A stretch of 64,000 nucleotides of DNA from a virus, in the IMG/VR virus record IMGVR_UViG_3300036886_000243, positions 27,509 through 91,508 of that record; one strand, written 5' to 3'. Below, piece after piece: positions 17,337-25,754 of this stretch. Under the pieces are notes generated by a model, which saw only the letters and a list, made by a program, of their open reading frames with translations, was not told the DNA's origin and did no database searches. Within the stretch, counting starts at the first letter, position 1; each line of letters starts with the position of its first letter. Position numbers and translations under genes: made by a program.

Positions 17337-18162
17337 TCTTTACAGGCAATTGCACATCTCAAGAAAGAAGGGTGTTCGTCTAGGTCAAGAAGCACTAGAC
17401 ATTTGTACCAATGGGTACTACATGGCACCTTCTGGCAACGAAGTTGATTTCACTTCCTTGCTTCTTCACGCTATGGAAGCGACATTATCCTATCCGGAAG
17501 ACCTAGAACTCTTACCGCCAAAGAATAACGGATTCACTACTACCTATGAAGTCCGCAACGAAACTACTCTCGCTGCAACCCGTAGATTAAACACTAAAGG
17601 CTTTCATCCAGTCGCTTTGAATATGGCATCAGCACACCGACCAGGAGGCGGCTTCCTTTCTGGAGCCGCCGCCCAAGAAGAATACTTGTGTCGGTCTTCC
17701 GCTCTTTATCCATGTCTTCTGGATAACCCAATGTATTCTTTGCCACGCGATCCATTCGCTACTGATTATACAATTTATTCTCCCGACGTTCCTATATTTA
17801 GGAACGATGAGGGAAGGCTGTTGGAAGCAGTAGAGCTTTATTCTGTCCTCACATGTGCTGCGGTCCACGCAAGAGTCATTGGCAGAGACATGCCAGAAAG
17901 AGTTTCTGAAATCAAGCCCGTTATGGAAAAGCGTATCAAAAGACTTCTCAACATCGCAGCTATCCAAAACCATAACTCTCTAGTTCTCGGAGCTTGGGGA
18001 TGTGGCGTTTTTGAAAATAGCGGAGAGCTGATTGCTTCTCTTTTCAAGAAAGCTCTCAGGCACGAATTTAAGGGCGTCTTCAGTAAGGTAGTCTTTGCTA
18101 TTGCTGATTGGTCTATAGAACAGAAATTCATCGAGCCATTTATCAAAGCTTTTGCAAAATGA
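17305..18162 (+). CDS. TIGR02452/DUF2263 microbial-type poly(ADP-ribose) glycohydrolase (macrodomain)
   Basis: LNMASAHRPGGGFLSGAAAQEEYLCRSS and LVLGAWGCGVFEN motifs. Confidence 0.9.
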   Translation: MTTTATHARYNLYRQLHISRKKGVRLGQEALDICTNGYYMAPSGNEVDFTSLLLHAMEATLSYPEDLELLPPKNNGFTTTYEVRNETTLAATRRLNTKGFHPVALNMASAHRPGGGFLSGAAAQEEYLCRSSALYPCLLDNPMYSLPRDPFATDYTIYSPDVPIFRNDEGRLLEAVELYSVLTCAAVHARVIGRDMPERVSEIKPVMEKRIKRLLNIAAIQNHNSLVLGAWGCGVFENSGELIASLFKKALRHEFKGVFSKVVFAIADWSIEQKFIEPFIKAFAK

Positions 18163-18626
18163 AAAAGCCTCTATTCCTTTTGCTATTTTTTAGTGTCGCC
18201 CAACTTTTCGCTGATCCCATTATCGGCTCTCGGCAACTGACAATCGATGTTGCTTATGCATACGTCCTAACTCACATGACTTATGTCAGCGACACTGAAT
18301 TGTATAAGGTGCACGAGGGAAGCTATGCTCCCTCACAAGAAGAGGTAGTCGCTCACAACTTCAAAGGTGACTGTAAAGCCTATGCCGTTTTATTTGCATA
18401 TATTGTCCATCGTATGTTGCCAGATGCAAAGATCGAATTCGTAGCTGTATATCAAAAGCATCACACTATGGGACACATGGAAGTTGATGTAGATGGAACG
18501 CGATATTTCTGCGCCAAAGGCTACGCCATTGAAGTTCACAAGTGGAGCTATGATGAATATATGAACATAGTCCACTCAACGCATGATTTAGAAGTACCTG
18601 AATCAGATCTAATTAAAATACAATAA
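18159..18626 (+). CDS. secreted transglutaminase-like Cys protease
   Basis: Signal peptide MKKPLFLLLFFSVAQLFA; GDCKAYA and GHM catalytic-type motifs. Confidence 0.65.
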   Translation: MKKPLFLLLFFSVAQLFADPIIGSRQLTIDVAYAYVLTHMTYVSDTELYKVHEGSYAPSQEEVVAHNFKGDCKAYAVLFAYIVHRMLPDAKIEFVAVYQKHHTMGHMEVDVDGTRYFCAKGYAIEVHKWSYDEYMNIVHSTHDLEVPESDLIKIQ

Positions 18627-18629
18627 GCA

Positions 18630-18647
18630 TCGACAGTGATTTATTAT
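18630..18647 (+). promoter_or_regulatory. TCGACA-N6-TATTAT promoter motif
   Basis: Intergenic; GGAGG RBS, ATG 18665. Confidence 0.65.
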
Positions 18648-18664
18648 GTTCTTGTGGAGGACAC

Positions 18665-19066
18665 ATGAACCTTGAGATTCTTTCTGAAGACGTGAAAGAG
18701 TTTTGTCGAAGGGCTTCATCCAAGCAGGAGCTGGGAATGTCTTTCATCCAAGCAAACACAGAAGTCCTCAACGAGGTGCTCCCGAACTATGAAGCCTTTT
18801 GGCAGTTGGTCATCTTGGCCGTCATCTGCCGTCGCGGCGATTTTAGCGGCGACATTTTCATGGATTACTTCCTAGACCACACTGACCAGAAAATCCACAA
18901 ATTTGTATGGCAAGAGTTGGCTATCAATCGTCAGAATGGACTTGGTATTGGCAAGATGCACTTGAGCCACAAAGAGTGGAATGAAGAAGTCAAAGAGCTC
19001 ATGGACATCATGGCCCAGAAAGACAAACGGACCGCTACCACTTGGCCCCTGACTTCAGAGGCATAA
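18665..19066 (+). CDS. hypothetical protein
   Basis: GGAGG RBS. Confidence 0.75.
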   Translation: MNLEILSEDVKEFCRRASSKQELGMSFIQANTEVLNEVLPNYEAFWQLVILAVICRRGDFSGDIFMDYFLDHTDQKIHKFVWQELAINRQNGLGIGKMHLSHKEWNEEVKELMDIMAQKDKRTATTWPLTSEA

Positions 19067-19084
19067 AATTCCCAGGGAAAAGTT

Positions 19085-19102
19085 TCGACAGAATGGTATT
19101 AT
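19085..19102 (+). promoter_or_regulatory. TCGACA-N6-TATTAT promoter motif
   Basis: Intergenic; AGGAGG RBS, ATG 19126. Confidence 0.65.
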
Positions 19103-19125
19103 ATTCTATCAGGAGGAAGAAGGAA

Positions 19126-19725
19126 ATGGCGAAGAACTTCATGGATCAGGCAAAGGCAGCGGCTTCTACGGCAAAACCGGCCGCGAAGAAATCTTCAGTT
19201 CCGGTCATCACCGACGCCCCGGCCGATGTCACGGCGGCAGTCAAGGCCTATGTCAAGGCAGTGGATTCCAAGAAGGAAGCCGAAGCCGAAATGGCCAACC
19301 AGTTCACGGTGGTCGATGAATTCGTCACCAAGGTCCAGGACGAGAAGGCTTTCAAGGGTTCCTTCTCCAAGTCCTACAAGGTTCAGCTTGACACCGGAGA
19401 CACGGTTCTCTACTCCAGCCAGAATCGCTTCAAGATCAACCCTGAGGCCGAAGAGGACATCAAGGCTCTCCTCGGAGACAACTTCGGGGCTATGGTCCAG
19501 GAGAAGCTCACGGTCACGGTCAAGGAAGAGGTTTTCGAGGACGAGGCTCTGATGAAGGAGCTCGGCGAACTCCTCGGGGACAACTTCTCCAAGTTCTTCA
19601 ACTCGAAGATGGAGCTCAAGGTCAAAGACAACTTCGACGAGAAGATCTTCGCAGTGGCCAAGACCGCCAAGAAGCTGGCCGAGGTCAGGACCTTCATCGA
19701 ACCCTGGAAGCACACCCTCAAGTAG
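19126..19725 (+). CDS. probably highly expressed early hypothetical protein
   Basis: Strongly biased GC3 codons; strong RBS; followed by terminator. Confidence 0.8.
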   Translation: MAKNFMDQAKAAASTAKPAAKKSSVPVITDAPADVTAAVKAYVKAVDSKKEAEAEMANQFTVVDEFVTKVQDEKAFKGSFSKSYKVQLDTGDTVLYSSQNRFKINPEAEEDIKALLGDNFGAMVQEKLTVTVKEEVFEDEALMKELGELLGDNFSKFFNSKMELKVKDNFDEKIFAVAKTAKKLAEVRTFIEPWKHTLK

Positions 19726-19753
19726 GGCATACTTCCTACCAGGACAATCCAAG

Positions 19754-19780
19754 ATGGCCGGTTATCCGGCCATTTCTTTT
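19754..19780 (+). terminator. intrinsic terminator
   Basis: ATGGCCGG-ttat-CCGGCCAT then TTCTTTT. Confidence 0.8.
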
Positions 19781-19796
19781 GCGTAAAGGATCACAT

Positions 19797-20105
19797 ATGA
19801 CTGAAGAAAACATTGGTATCGTAAGAGAGTTGAGGACGCACCAGGAGTGCACTCGACAGGATGCTAAGGTTGTGATCAAGATCTTGAAGGATAAGAACGT
19901 TACTGTCATGGATAAATTAGCCATGCTATTCGCGTTTTCTACCAACGATAGATTTCTTGAGACTTTCCTTGATCGGAAACCAGAAGTCGACTATTGGATT
20001 ATAAAAAATCTGAAAGATCTAAACGAAGGTAACGAAAACTACGAAGAAGATAGGTCATTACTATACAAAGCAATTGCCAATGAATGGCTGAAGGAGACGA
20101 CATGA
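19797..20105 (+). CDS. hypothetical protein
   Basis: AAGGA RBS. Confidence 0.65.
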   Translation: MTEENIGIVRELRTHQECTRQDAKVVIKILKDKNVTVMDKLAMLFAFSTNDRFLETFLDRKPEVDYWIIKNLKDLNEGNENYEEDRSLLYKAIANEWLKETT

Positions 20106-20284
20106 AATGTGCTTGTGGTTTCAAAGGCAAGTTCGTTCCACTTGGGAATGTCAACTCAGCTAATTTGGGAATGTACTACATTCTCAAGCCTAAAATGGAA
20201 TCCAAGTATGAAGGCCTGGTAGAGCTTTACGTCTGCCCCAAATGCAAGACCGTTAAAGCTCTAACTGACAAGGAGGCTAAATGA
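20102..20284 (+). CDS. small zinc-ribbon protein
   Basis: KCACG...YVCPKCKT. Confidence 0.7.
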   Translation: MKCACGFKGKFVPLGNVNSANLGMYYILKPKMESKYEGLVELYVCPKCKTVKALTDKEAK

Positions 20285-20463
20285 TTCTCTACCACGACAT
20301 TCCTGTACAGATCACAGATTCTTTCGTCAATAAGCTCAACGGCGAAATCTGTGTTAAGATTTCTACTGCTAATGAAAATCGTTGGTCAAACGGTTGGGTC
20401 CGAGGCAGCGATCTTACTTTTGTCGAGGGCGAAACTCTTGAATCTACTTTAAGGAGACTTTAA
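20281..20463 (+). CDS. hypothetical protein
   Basis: AGGAGG RBS, coupled. Confidence 0.65.
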   Translation: MILYHDIPVQITDSFVNKLNGEICVKISTANENRWSNGWVRGSDLTFVEGETLESTLRRL

Positions 20464-20903
20464 TGACAGCAAAAGAAATCGTAGACTTCGTCGTAGGTTG
20501 GCTTGAAGCTGGCCAAGCAAAGCGAACTCAGACGTTTTCTGAGGTAGCTCTCACCGGACAGTTCGGCACAGAAAGCCATTACAACCAGGATGATGTCGAG
20601 AATCTCTATCAGCGCCTTGTGAAGCTGGACGAAATGGATGCAGTTTTGGTTATCAAGTGCATCTTAGAAAAGCTGAACTTCGCCGATCCTTCTATCCTCG
20701 ACTCTGTCATGTCTTCGCACAACAGTCACTTTGATAAGACAGTCATCAAGATACTGAGCCAATACCAGCCGCTTTCACCGCCTACTCCTGTTTTGCTTGG
20801 GCGAATCCGGCGGTCCAAAAAGAATCCGCCAGTTGATAACCCTATGCGCAGCATCTTCGATCAACGGTGGGCAGAGGTTCAAGCCGCTTCGACAGTATCT
20901 TAG
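20463..20903 (+). CDS. hypothetical protein
   Basis: AAGGAG RBS, coupled. Confidence 0.7.
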   Translation: MTAKEIVDFVVGWLEAGQAKRTQTFSEVALTGQFGTESHYNQDDVENLYQRLVKLDEMDAVLVIKCILEKLNFADPSILDSVMSSHNSHFDKTVIKILSQYQPLSPPTPVLLGRIRRSKKNPPVDNPMRSIFDQRWAEVQAASTVS

Positions 20904-20906
20904 AAT
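20889..20906 (+). promoter_or_regulatory. TCGACA-N6-TAGAAT promoter motif
   Basis: 6 nt before ATG 20913, no SD (leaderless geometry). Confidence 0.6.
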
Positions 20907-20912
20907 GATCGT

Positions 20913-21521
20913 ATGGAGATCACTACCTTTTCTTACTTCTATCCCGAAAAGCCGACCCTGATTTCAAAGGATCAGGATCTTTTCAAAAACATCATCAAGT
21001 CGGGTCAATATGTAGCGGAGCGGAAGTATAACGGAATGAGACTTCAACTCCACTATCTCAACGGAAAGTTTCAGTGCTGGAATCGCCATCATGAAGATCT
21101 GAGCCAGACGATCAAGTTCTGCCCCGAAGGTGCTTTGGCGGGAGCTCTGGCTGCTCTTCCTCTCAAAGGCTATTGTCTTTTTGATGGAGAGCTCCGCCAG
21201 AACAAGACCAAGGGTATCAAACAGAAGATGATGCTTTTCGATGTCTTCATCTGGCAAAACGAAATGCTTCTTGGAGTTCCCTTCGCTGAGAGGCGGCAGA
21301 TCCTGGCCGACTTGATTCAGGTCGATGGCGACCCGCTCGGTATTCCCTTCCAGTTCGAGGGCGACTTCGAAAAGGTTTTCAACCAGGTCGTCGTGGACGA
21401 AGAGATCGAGGGCTTGGTCATGAAGAAGAAACAAGGCCAGTTCAAAATCAGCCGGAAGAACCCAGTTGACTCCACCTGGATGTATAAGGTTCGGAAGGCT
21501 AACAACAAATATCGATTTTAG
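20913..21521 (+). CDS. minimal ATP-dependent polynucleotide ligase (adenylation domain only)
   Basis: Motifs I ERKYNGMR, III FDGEL, IIIa LFDV, IV EGLVMK, V WMYKVR; no OB domain. Confidence 0.85.
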   Translation: MEITTFSYFYPEKPTLISKDQDLFKNIIKSGQYVAERKYNGMRLQLHYLNGKFQCWNRHHEDLSQTIKFCPEGALAGALAALPLKGYCLFDGELRQNKTKGIKQKMMLFDVFIWQNEMLLGVPFAERRQILADLIQVDGDPLGIPFQFEGDFEKVFNQVVVDEEIEGLVMKKKQGQFKISRKNPVDSTWMYKVRKANNKYRF

Positions 21522-21528
21522 GAGCAAC

Positions 21529-21897
21529 ATGGACAAGGTAGTTTTGCATAACAAAGCAGTTAGCTTCTTTCTCCGCTCGTATTGGAGATATCAGAAGATT
21601 TCTGACTTTGTTGTAGAAAAAGACGGTGAGAAGTTCACCGTAATAACAAATTTCCCAAAAAACAAAAACACTGGCAATATCTCTTTTAATCCAAATAGGA
21701 TTGAGCAGATGTTGAGAGATGATTGCATAGGAGCAATCATTGTCCATTGCTTTGGATCAGACAACTTTGAGGTCTTTGGCATTACAACTATCAATGATCT
21801 TGCTAAAGGTATTGCTAAAACGTGGCAGCCAAACAAGTACGGTTACAATGATTACAAGCTGGCTGCTATTCGCCACCTTAACATTCAGGCGGCTTAA
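21529..21897 (+). CDS. hypothetical protein
   Basis: AGGAG RBS. Confidence 0.65.
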   Translation: MDKVVLHNKAVSFFLRSYWRYQKISDFVVEKDGEKFTVITNFPKNKNTGNISFNPNRIEQMLRDDCIGAIIVHCFGSDNFEVFGITTINDLAKGIAKTWQPNKYGYNDYKLAAIRHLNIQAA

Positions 21898-21907
21898 GGA
21901 GAATTAC

Positions 21908-22213
21908 ATGGCAAAGAAGAAAACAACGAAGAGACCCAAGAGCTATTACCAGAAGGTAGTAGACAAGATCCGGAAAGATCTTTTGTCCAACGTGAAAGGT
22001 ATGCAGTCAGAATCAACTTCCGACGAAGAGCACGCCAGCTACGACGAAACCATCAGCAAAATCAAAGCAGCAAAGACAATCGGCGCTCTTTCAAACGTTG
22101 CCCAAGAAATGGCTTGGGACTACGAGTCCTTCATTGGCCTCTTGCTCGACTCTCTCGGTGGGAAAGAGCCGGTTGATTCGGCAATGTTTGACGCTTTCGG
22201 TTGGGACACATGA
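21908..22213 (+). CDS. hypothetical protein
   Basis: AAGGAG RBS. Confidence 0.7.
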   Translation: MAKKKTTKRPKSYYQKVVDKIRKDLLSNVKGMQSESTSDEEHASYDETISKIKAAKTIGALSNVAQEMAWDYESFIGLLLDSLGGKEPVDSAMFDAFGWDT

Positions 22214-22506
22214 ACAGCCAAGAGCGCATCAATGAGCTCCAGCAGGAGATCGAAAAAGAGCGTTACAAAATCGATCACTGCTGCCACATCTTCGGCGAGC
22301 CTTTCAGCAACCCTGAAAAATTCATGGAAGGCTACGGTTCGAAACTCATGCATCAAGGCTCTGATTGCTGGACAGAGTTCGAGGGCTACAAAGAGGCCTT
22401 CAAGCCACGTTGGACAAGAACCTGCAACAAGTGTGGTCATCAGGAACATACCTATAAACGGAAGCCGGTCATATCTGATTATGTGCCAGACTTCGGAAAG
22501 GAATAA
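22210..22506 (+). CDS. hypothetical Cys/His protein
   Basis: CCH...WTRTCNKCG. Confidence 0.7.
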   Translation: MNSQERINELQQEIEKERYKIDHCCHIFGEPFSNPEKFMEGYGSKLMHQGSDCWTEFEGYKEAFKPRWTRTCNKCGHQEHTYKRKPVISDYVPDFGKE

Positions 22507-22645
22507 TTCATGTTCGTAGGAGCCGGAATAGTTCTAGCGTGTTTCGCCGCTTCGGGAGCTTTTCATGTCACCTGGTGGGCGGTGATTATTTGGATTTTGG
22601 GTAGCGCACAGCTCCTCAAGTGGATGCTCTAGAAAGGAGAATCAC

Positions 22646-22939
22646 ATGAAGGTCAACTTGGACATTCGAGACGACAAAGAGCTTCGTGACATGGTCAAGG
22701 ACATGATCCGCGGTCAGGTCAAGAGCGTTATGCGGACCGACATCGACGAGATCATGAAGGAAGTGGTCGGCGACAAGACGGCCAAGCTATCCGACGTCAT
22801 GGCTAAAGAGATCACCAAGGTCGTTCGGGACTTCTTCCAGAGCGGCTATACTCGCGGCCCTGGTTATGCCATGATCGAGAAAGAGATCAAGGAACAGGTC
22901 GCTCTCACTCTCAAGAAGGTCATCCAGGAAGCCCGCTAA
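22646..22939 (+). CDS. hypothetical helical protein
   Basis: AAGGAG RBS; GC3-rich codons. Confidence 0.75.
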   Translation: MKVNLDIRDDKELRDMVKDMIRGQVKSVMRTDIDEIMKEVVGDKTAKLSDVMAKEITKVVRDFFQSGYTRGPGYAMIEKEIKEQVALTLKKVIQEAR

Positions 22940-23205
22940 TGCAGGATCGGTCAAACGACATAGAAGTTAGCGGCGTCAAGATCAAAGACGAATGCCTGCT
23001 CATGGTGCAAAAAGCCATGAGCGGGTTTCCGTCCATCCGTTTCCTCTACAATCCTATCAAGTATTTTCGAACTCCTTACTATGAGATTGCCTATGGCGGC
23101 AAGAGCAATGATGTACGAGCATTTGAAGTTGCCATCCAGGACTTCTACTGGAACCCACCTGAGCCACCCAAAAGAACCTTCTTCCAAAAGCTTTTCAACA
23201 TTTAA
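22939..23205 (+). CDS. hypothetical protein
   Basis: TAATG coupling. Confidence 0.65.
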   Translation: MQDRSNDIEVSGVKIKDECLLMVQKAMSGFPSIRFLYNPIKYFRTPYYEIAYGGKSNDVRAFEVAIQDFYWNPPEPPKRTFFQKLFNI

Positions 23206-23206
23206 C

Positions 23207-23213
23207 AAGATAA
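23207..23213 (+). promoter_or_regulatory. AAGATAA putative late promoter, leaderless geometry
   Basis: 4 nt before ATG 23218. Confidence 0.6.
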
Positions 23214-23217
23214 CTTC

Positions 23218-23547
23218 ATGTTGCTCTATGAAGATTTTGTATATAGAAAACCTGCATCTAGATATTTTGGAAAATGGCGTCTAAGTAGTTCTGGGCGATG
23301 GGGTCATTATGACTTATTCATAAAGGCCATCAAAGAGAATACTAATTCAGTCCACTTTTTAGTTTGGAGTCCAGGAGAACCAGAGTCGACTAATCCAAGT
23401 TTTAAAAAACCTTATCTGAGCGATGAATTTCACCAATGGACTGCTAATTATGGCGGCGAACTCATACCGCAACCAAGCATTAAAGTTTTAAGAAACCTTA
23501 TCAAATCCTTATTCGTCGAACATACTTATAGATTCATAAAGGACTAA
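23218..23547 (+). CDS. C-terminal helix family protein (RNLIKSLF)
   Basis: Motif near C-terminus. Confidence 0.7.
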   Translation: MLLYEDFVYRKPASRYFGKWRLSSSGRWGHYDLFIKAIKENTNSVHFLVWSPGEPESTNPSFKKPYLSDEFHQWTANYGGELIPQPSIKVLRNLIKSLFVEHTYRFIKD

Positions 23548-23549
23548 TT

Positions 23550-24020
23550 ATGAACGATGAAGTATTCGCAGCCAGACAGTTTGTGCTTGTCACGTTGAGG
23601 GAACGACATACAGGAACTCCATCTACAACTTTATCCGAACTAGGCGAGAAAGCCAATAAGCGCGGAAAGTCTTTCTCTTACGATACCATCAAACAAGCCG
23701 CATGCGAGTTAGTAGCTGATCATAAAGCCAAGTTCATTTACCCCGTGTCAGATGCCAAAGTTTCTGAGAGAATTGAGGCCACTCCTATGGATCATGTAGA
23801 AGAAGGTCAATCAGGAATCGCTTGGATGTCTGAATATTGGTCTGAGCTACAAGAAAAATATGGCGGCATGTGGGTAGCTATCAAAGACTTTGAAGTAAAA
23901 TTTGCCGCTAAAAATCCGAAGCAACTCAAAAAACTTCTTGATGCCCATCCCGGACTTTGTCCTCTCTTGCAACAAATTAGTAAACCCAACACTGAAAGGA
24001 AGTGGTTTGCAGTTTTCTAG
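23550..24020 (+). CDS. wHTH-like N-domain plus DUF5678-like C-domain
   Basis: W...YWSELQEKYGGMWVAI. Confidence 0.6.
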   Translation: MNDEVFAARQFVLVTLRERHTGTPSTTLSELGEKANKRGKSFSYDTIKQAACELVADHKAKFIYPVSDAKVSERIEATPMDHVEEGQSGIAWMSEYWSELQEKYGGMWVAIKDFEVKFAAKNPKQLKKLLDAHPGLCPLLQQISKPNTERKWFAVF

Positions 24021-24023
24021 CTC

Positions 24024-24030
24024 AAGATAA
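24024..24030 (+). promoter_or_regulatory. AAGATAA putative late promoter
   Basis: Intergenic; GGAGG RBS, ATG 24049. Confidence 0.6.
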
Positions 24031-24048
24031 ATTCTGGGAGGGATTCAT

Positions 24049-24573
24049 ATGATCCCAGATATGCATCGTGAAACACTAATGGCCATCCGGCAATTAGTGC
24101 AACAGCACATTATAGATGGAAATTCAATTTTAGTGGTACGACCTATAGATACTTATCAATACAACCAATGGCTTAACAGCGTTCTTTTTGATCTTAACTC
24201 TTGGTTGAAAGATGTCCCTTGGGGTCTCAAAGTTTTCAATTACTACACAGCCCACGTACCACCCAATCCCTCTACGAATCCAAACCTAATGACGCCGACG
24301 CCTCCGCCAAGATGGTCGTTTATTCACTTTGATCGTTTTGAAGAAGGTGATGCAGAATGGCCAGATGTTTATGATAATGACGGACAGTATTTTAACTTCC
24401 CATGCCGATTCTTTCCTCGTCCAGTTCCGCCTCCACCAACTCCACCTTTAGAGCCGCTGACTACAGAAGAGAGTGCAGTCCAATTATTAAAGACACAGAT
24501 TGTAGCCTTACAAGCAATTTACGCTCGACTCAACGCAGAGACAATACCTACTGGGTCTATTGTATTCCCATAA
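24049..24573 (+). CDS. Pro-rich hypothetical protein
   Basis: RBS; ORF. Confidence 0.7.
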   Translation: MIPDMHRETLMAIRQLVQQHIIDGNSILVVRPIDTYQYNQWLNSVLFDLNSWLKDVPWGLKVFNYYTAHVPPNPSTNPNLMTPTPPPRWSFIHFDRFEEGDAEWPDVYDNDGQYFNFPCRFFPRPVPPPPTPPLEPLTTEESAVQLLKTQIVALQAIYARLNAETIPTGSIVFP

Positions 24574-24833
24574 TGAAAGCTGGCGATATTACTTACAGAA
24601 AAGATAAAGAAGTACCTGGTGAATTTTGGCACATAGCCACTGACAGCTTTAACATTCTACGTTTTACATCTTTAGAACCAAACAGATTCTTATATTCTAT
24701 GCCAAGCGGATCTTATCCATCAGCTCGTTTTATTGCTGGTCGCTTTGTCAAAAATCCAGATCTACACAGAAAGAGAATAATAAAAGCTATCTTCAAAGCA
24801 AAAGTGTTTCAAGAGCATTCAGCTATGAGGTAA
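24573..24833 (+). CDS. C-terminal helix family protein (KRIIKAIF), MKAGD SH3/KOW-like start
   Basis: TAATG-coupled; true start inside track ORF 24402. Confidence 0.7.
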   Translation: MKAGDITYRKDKEVPGEFWHIATDSFNILRFTSLEPNRFLYSMPSGSYPSARFIAGRFVKNPDLHRKRIIKAIFKAKVFQEHSAMR

Positions 24834-24851
24834 ACAGCATATTTCTATTGT

Positions 24852-25202
24852 ATGATCAAGTCACTAAAAAACGCTTGGTTTGGCTTAAGGTATACTTGGG
24901 CTACTCAAAGAAACCTCCGTGTCCAACTCATTATACTTTTCTTAGTAATAATTGCAGGATTTATATTTAGCATCACACCTATCGAGTGGATTTTTGTAAT
25001 GTCAGCTGGTTTTATGGTGATTGGTGCCGAAGTAGCAAACACTAGCGTGGAAAGACTAGTCGACCTTATAGAACCCAAAAGAAATATCAATTGTAAGCTT
25101 GTCAAAGACATTACTGCAGGACTCGTAATGATCGTTTGCGTTTACGCAGCAATAGTAGGAGGCATAGTCTTTATTCCAAAGCTGGTTGCTTTATTACTAT
25201 GA
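24852..25202 (+). CDS. dgkA: diacylglycerol/undecaprenol kinase family (DgkA/UdpK)
   Basis: 3 TM; GL...W..QRNLR, EVANTSVERLVD, KLVKDITAG. Confidence 0.85.
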   Translation: MIKSLKNAWFGLRYTWATQRNLRVQLIILFLVIIAGFIFSITPIEWIFVMSAGFMVIGAEVANTSVERLVDLIEPKRNINCKLVKDITAGLVMIVCVYAAIVGGIVFIPKLVALLL

Positions 25203-25236
25203 GCATAGTTATTATTCACATTGAAAAGGTTGTCTC

Positions 25237-25734
25237 ATGGCAAGAAAAGAAACATTCCGAGAGGAGTGTAATCTTCTAATAGAAGAAGTTCGTTTGTTAA
25301 CGAATCTTTACAAAAATAAATATCTAAAAGACTGGAGTAAAAAATTAGCTGGTAAAGTTCTCTCTGATAGATTATGGAGATTCAAATCATCAGCCTATTG
25401 CGGTCTTATATCATTGAGCGCTTCGAAGTGGCCCGCTAAGGATAGGGTATTGGATCATGCTCTTGGGCGACTCAATAGCAGTCTTCAAATTGTGAAGATG
25501 ATTGAAGCCAATGACGACACAAGAAATATCATAGCTTTTATGCGTAGAGCCGTTTCTACTATTCGTGTAACAAAAGACGAAAATATGTTATTGAAGAAGT
25601 CTCAGAGGCATGGGCTCATGACTCTCAAAAATTATGAATCTGTTTGTGGTAAATTGTATTGGTTAGAAAAGAGCGCTCGTAAACATAAAATTCGTTTAGC
25701 CACAGCAAGAGAAAAAAGAAAATTATTTGGTTAA
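25237..25734 (+). CDS. hypothetical basic protein
   Basis: ORF with RBS. Confidence 0.65.
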   Translation: MARKETFREECNLLIEEVRLLTNLYKNKYLKDWSKKLAGKVLSDRLWRFKSSAYCGLISLSASKWPAKDRVLDHALGRLNSSLQIVKMIEANDDTRNIIAFMRRAVSTIRVTKDENMLLKKSQRHGLMTLKNYESVCGKLYWLEKSARKHKIRLATAREKRKLFG

Positions 25735-25743
25735 GCATAGTTC

Positions 25744-25750
25744 AAGATAA
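25744..25750 (+). promoter_or_regulatory. AAGATAA putative late promoter, leaderless geometry
   Basis: 4 nt before ATG 25755. Confidence 0.6.
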
Positions 25751-25754
25751 TATC

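Noticed and set aside
13492-21554. Long minus-strand ORFs 13492..14055, 13691..14086, 19195..19752, 19410..19730, 20964..21554
   Set aside because: Antisense shadows of codon-biased plus-strand genes; no RBS, promoter or protein-like features
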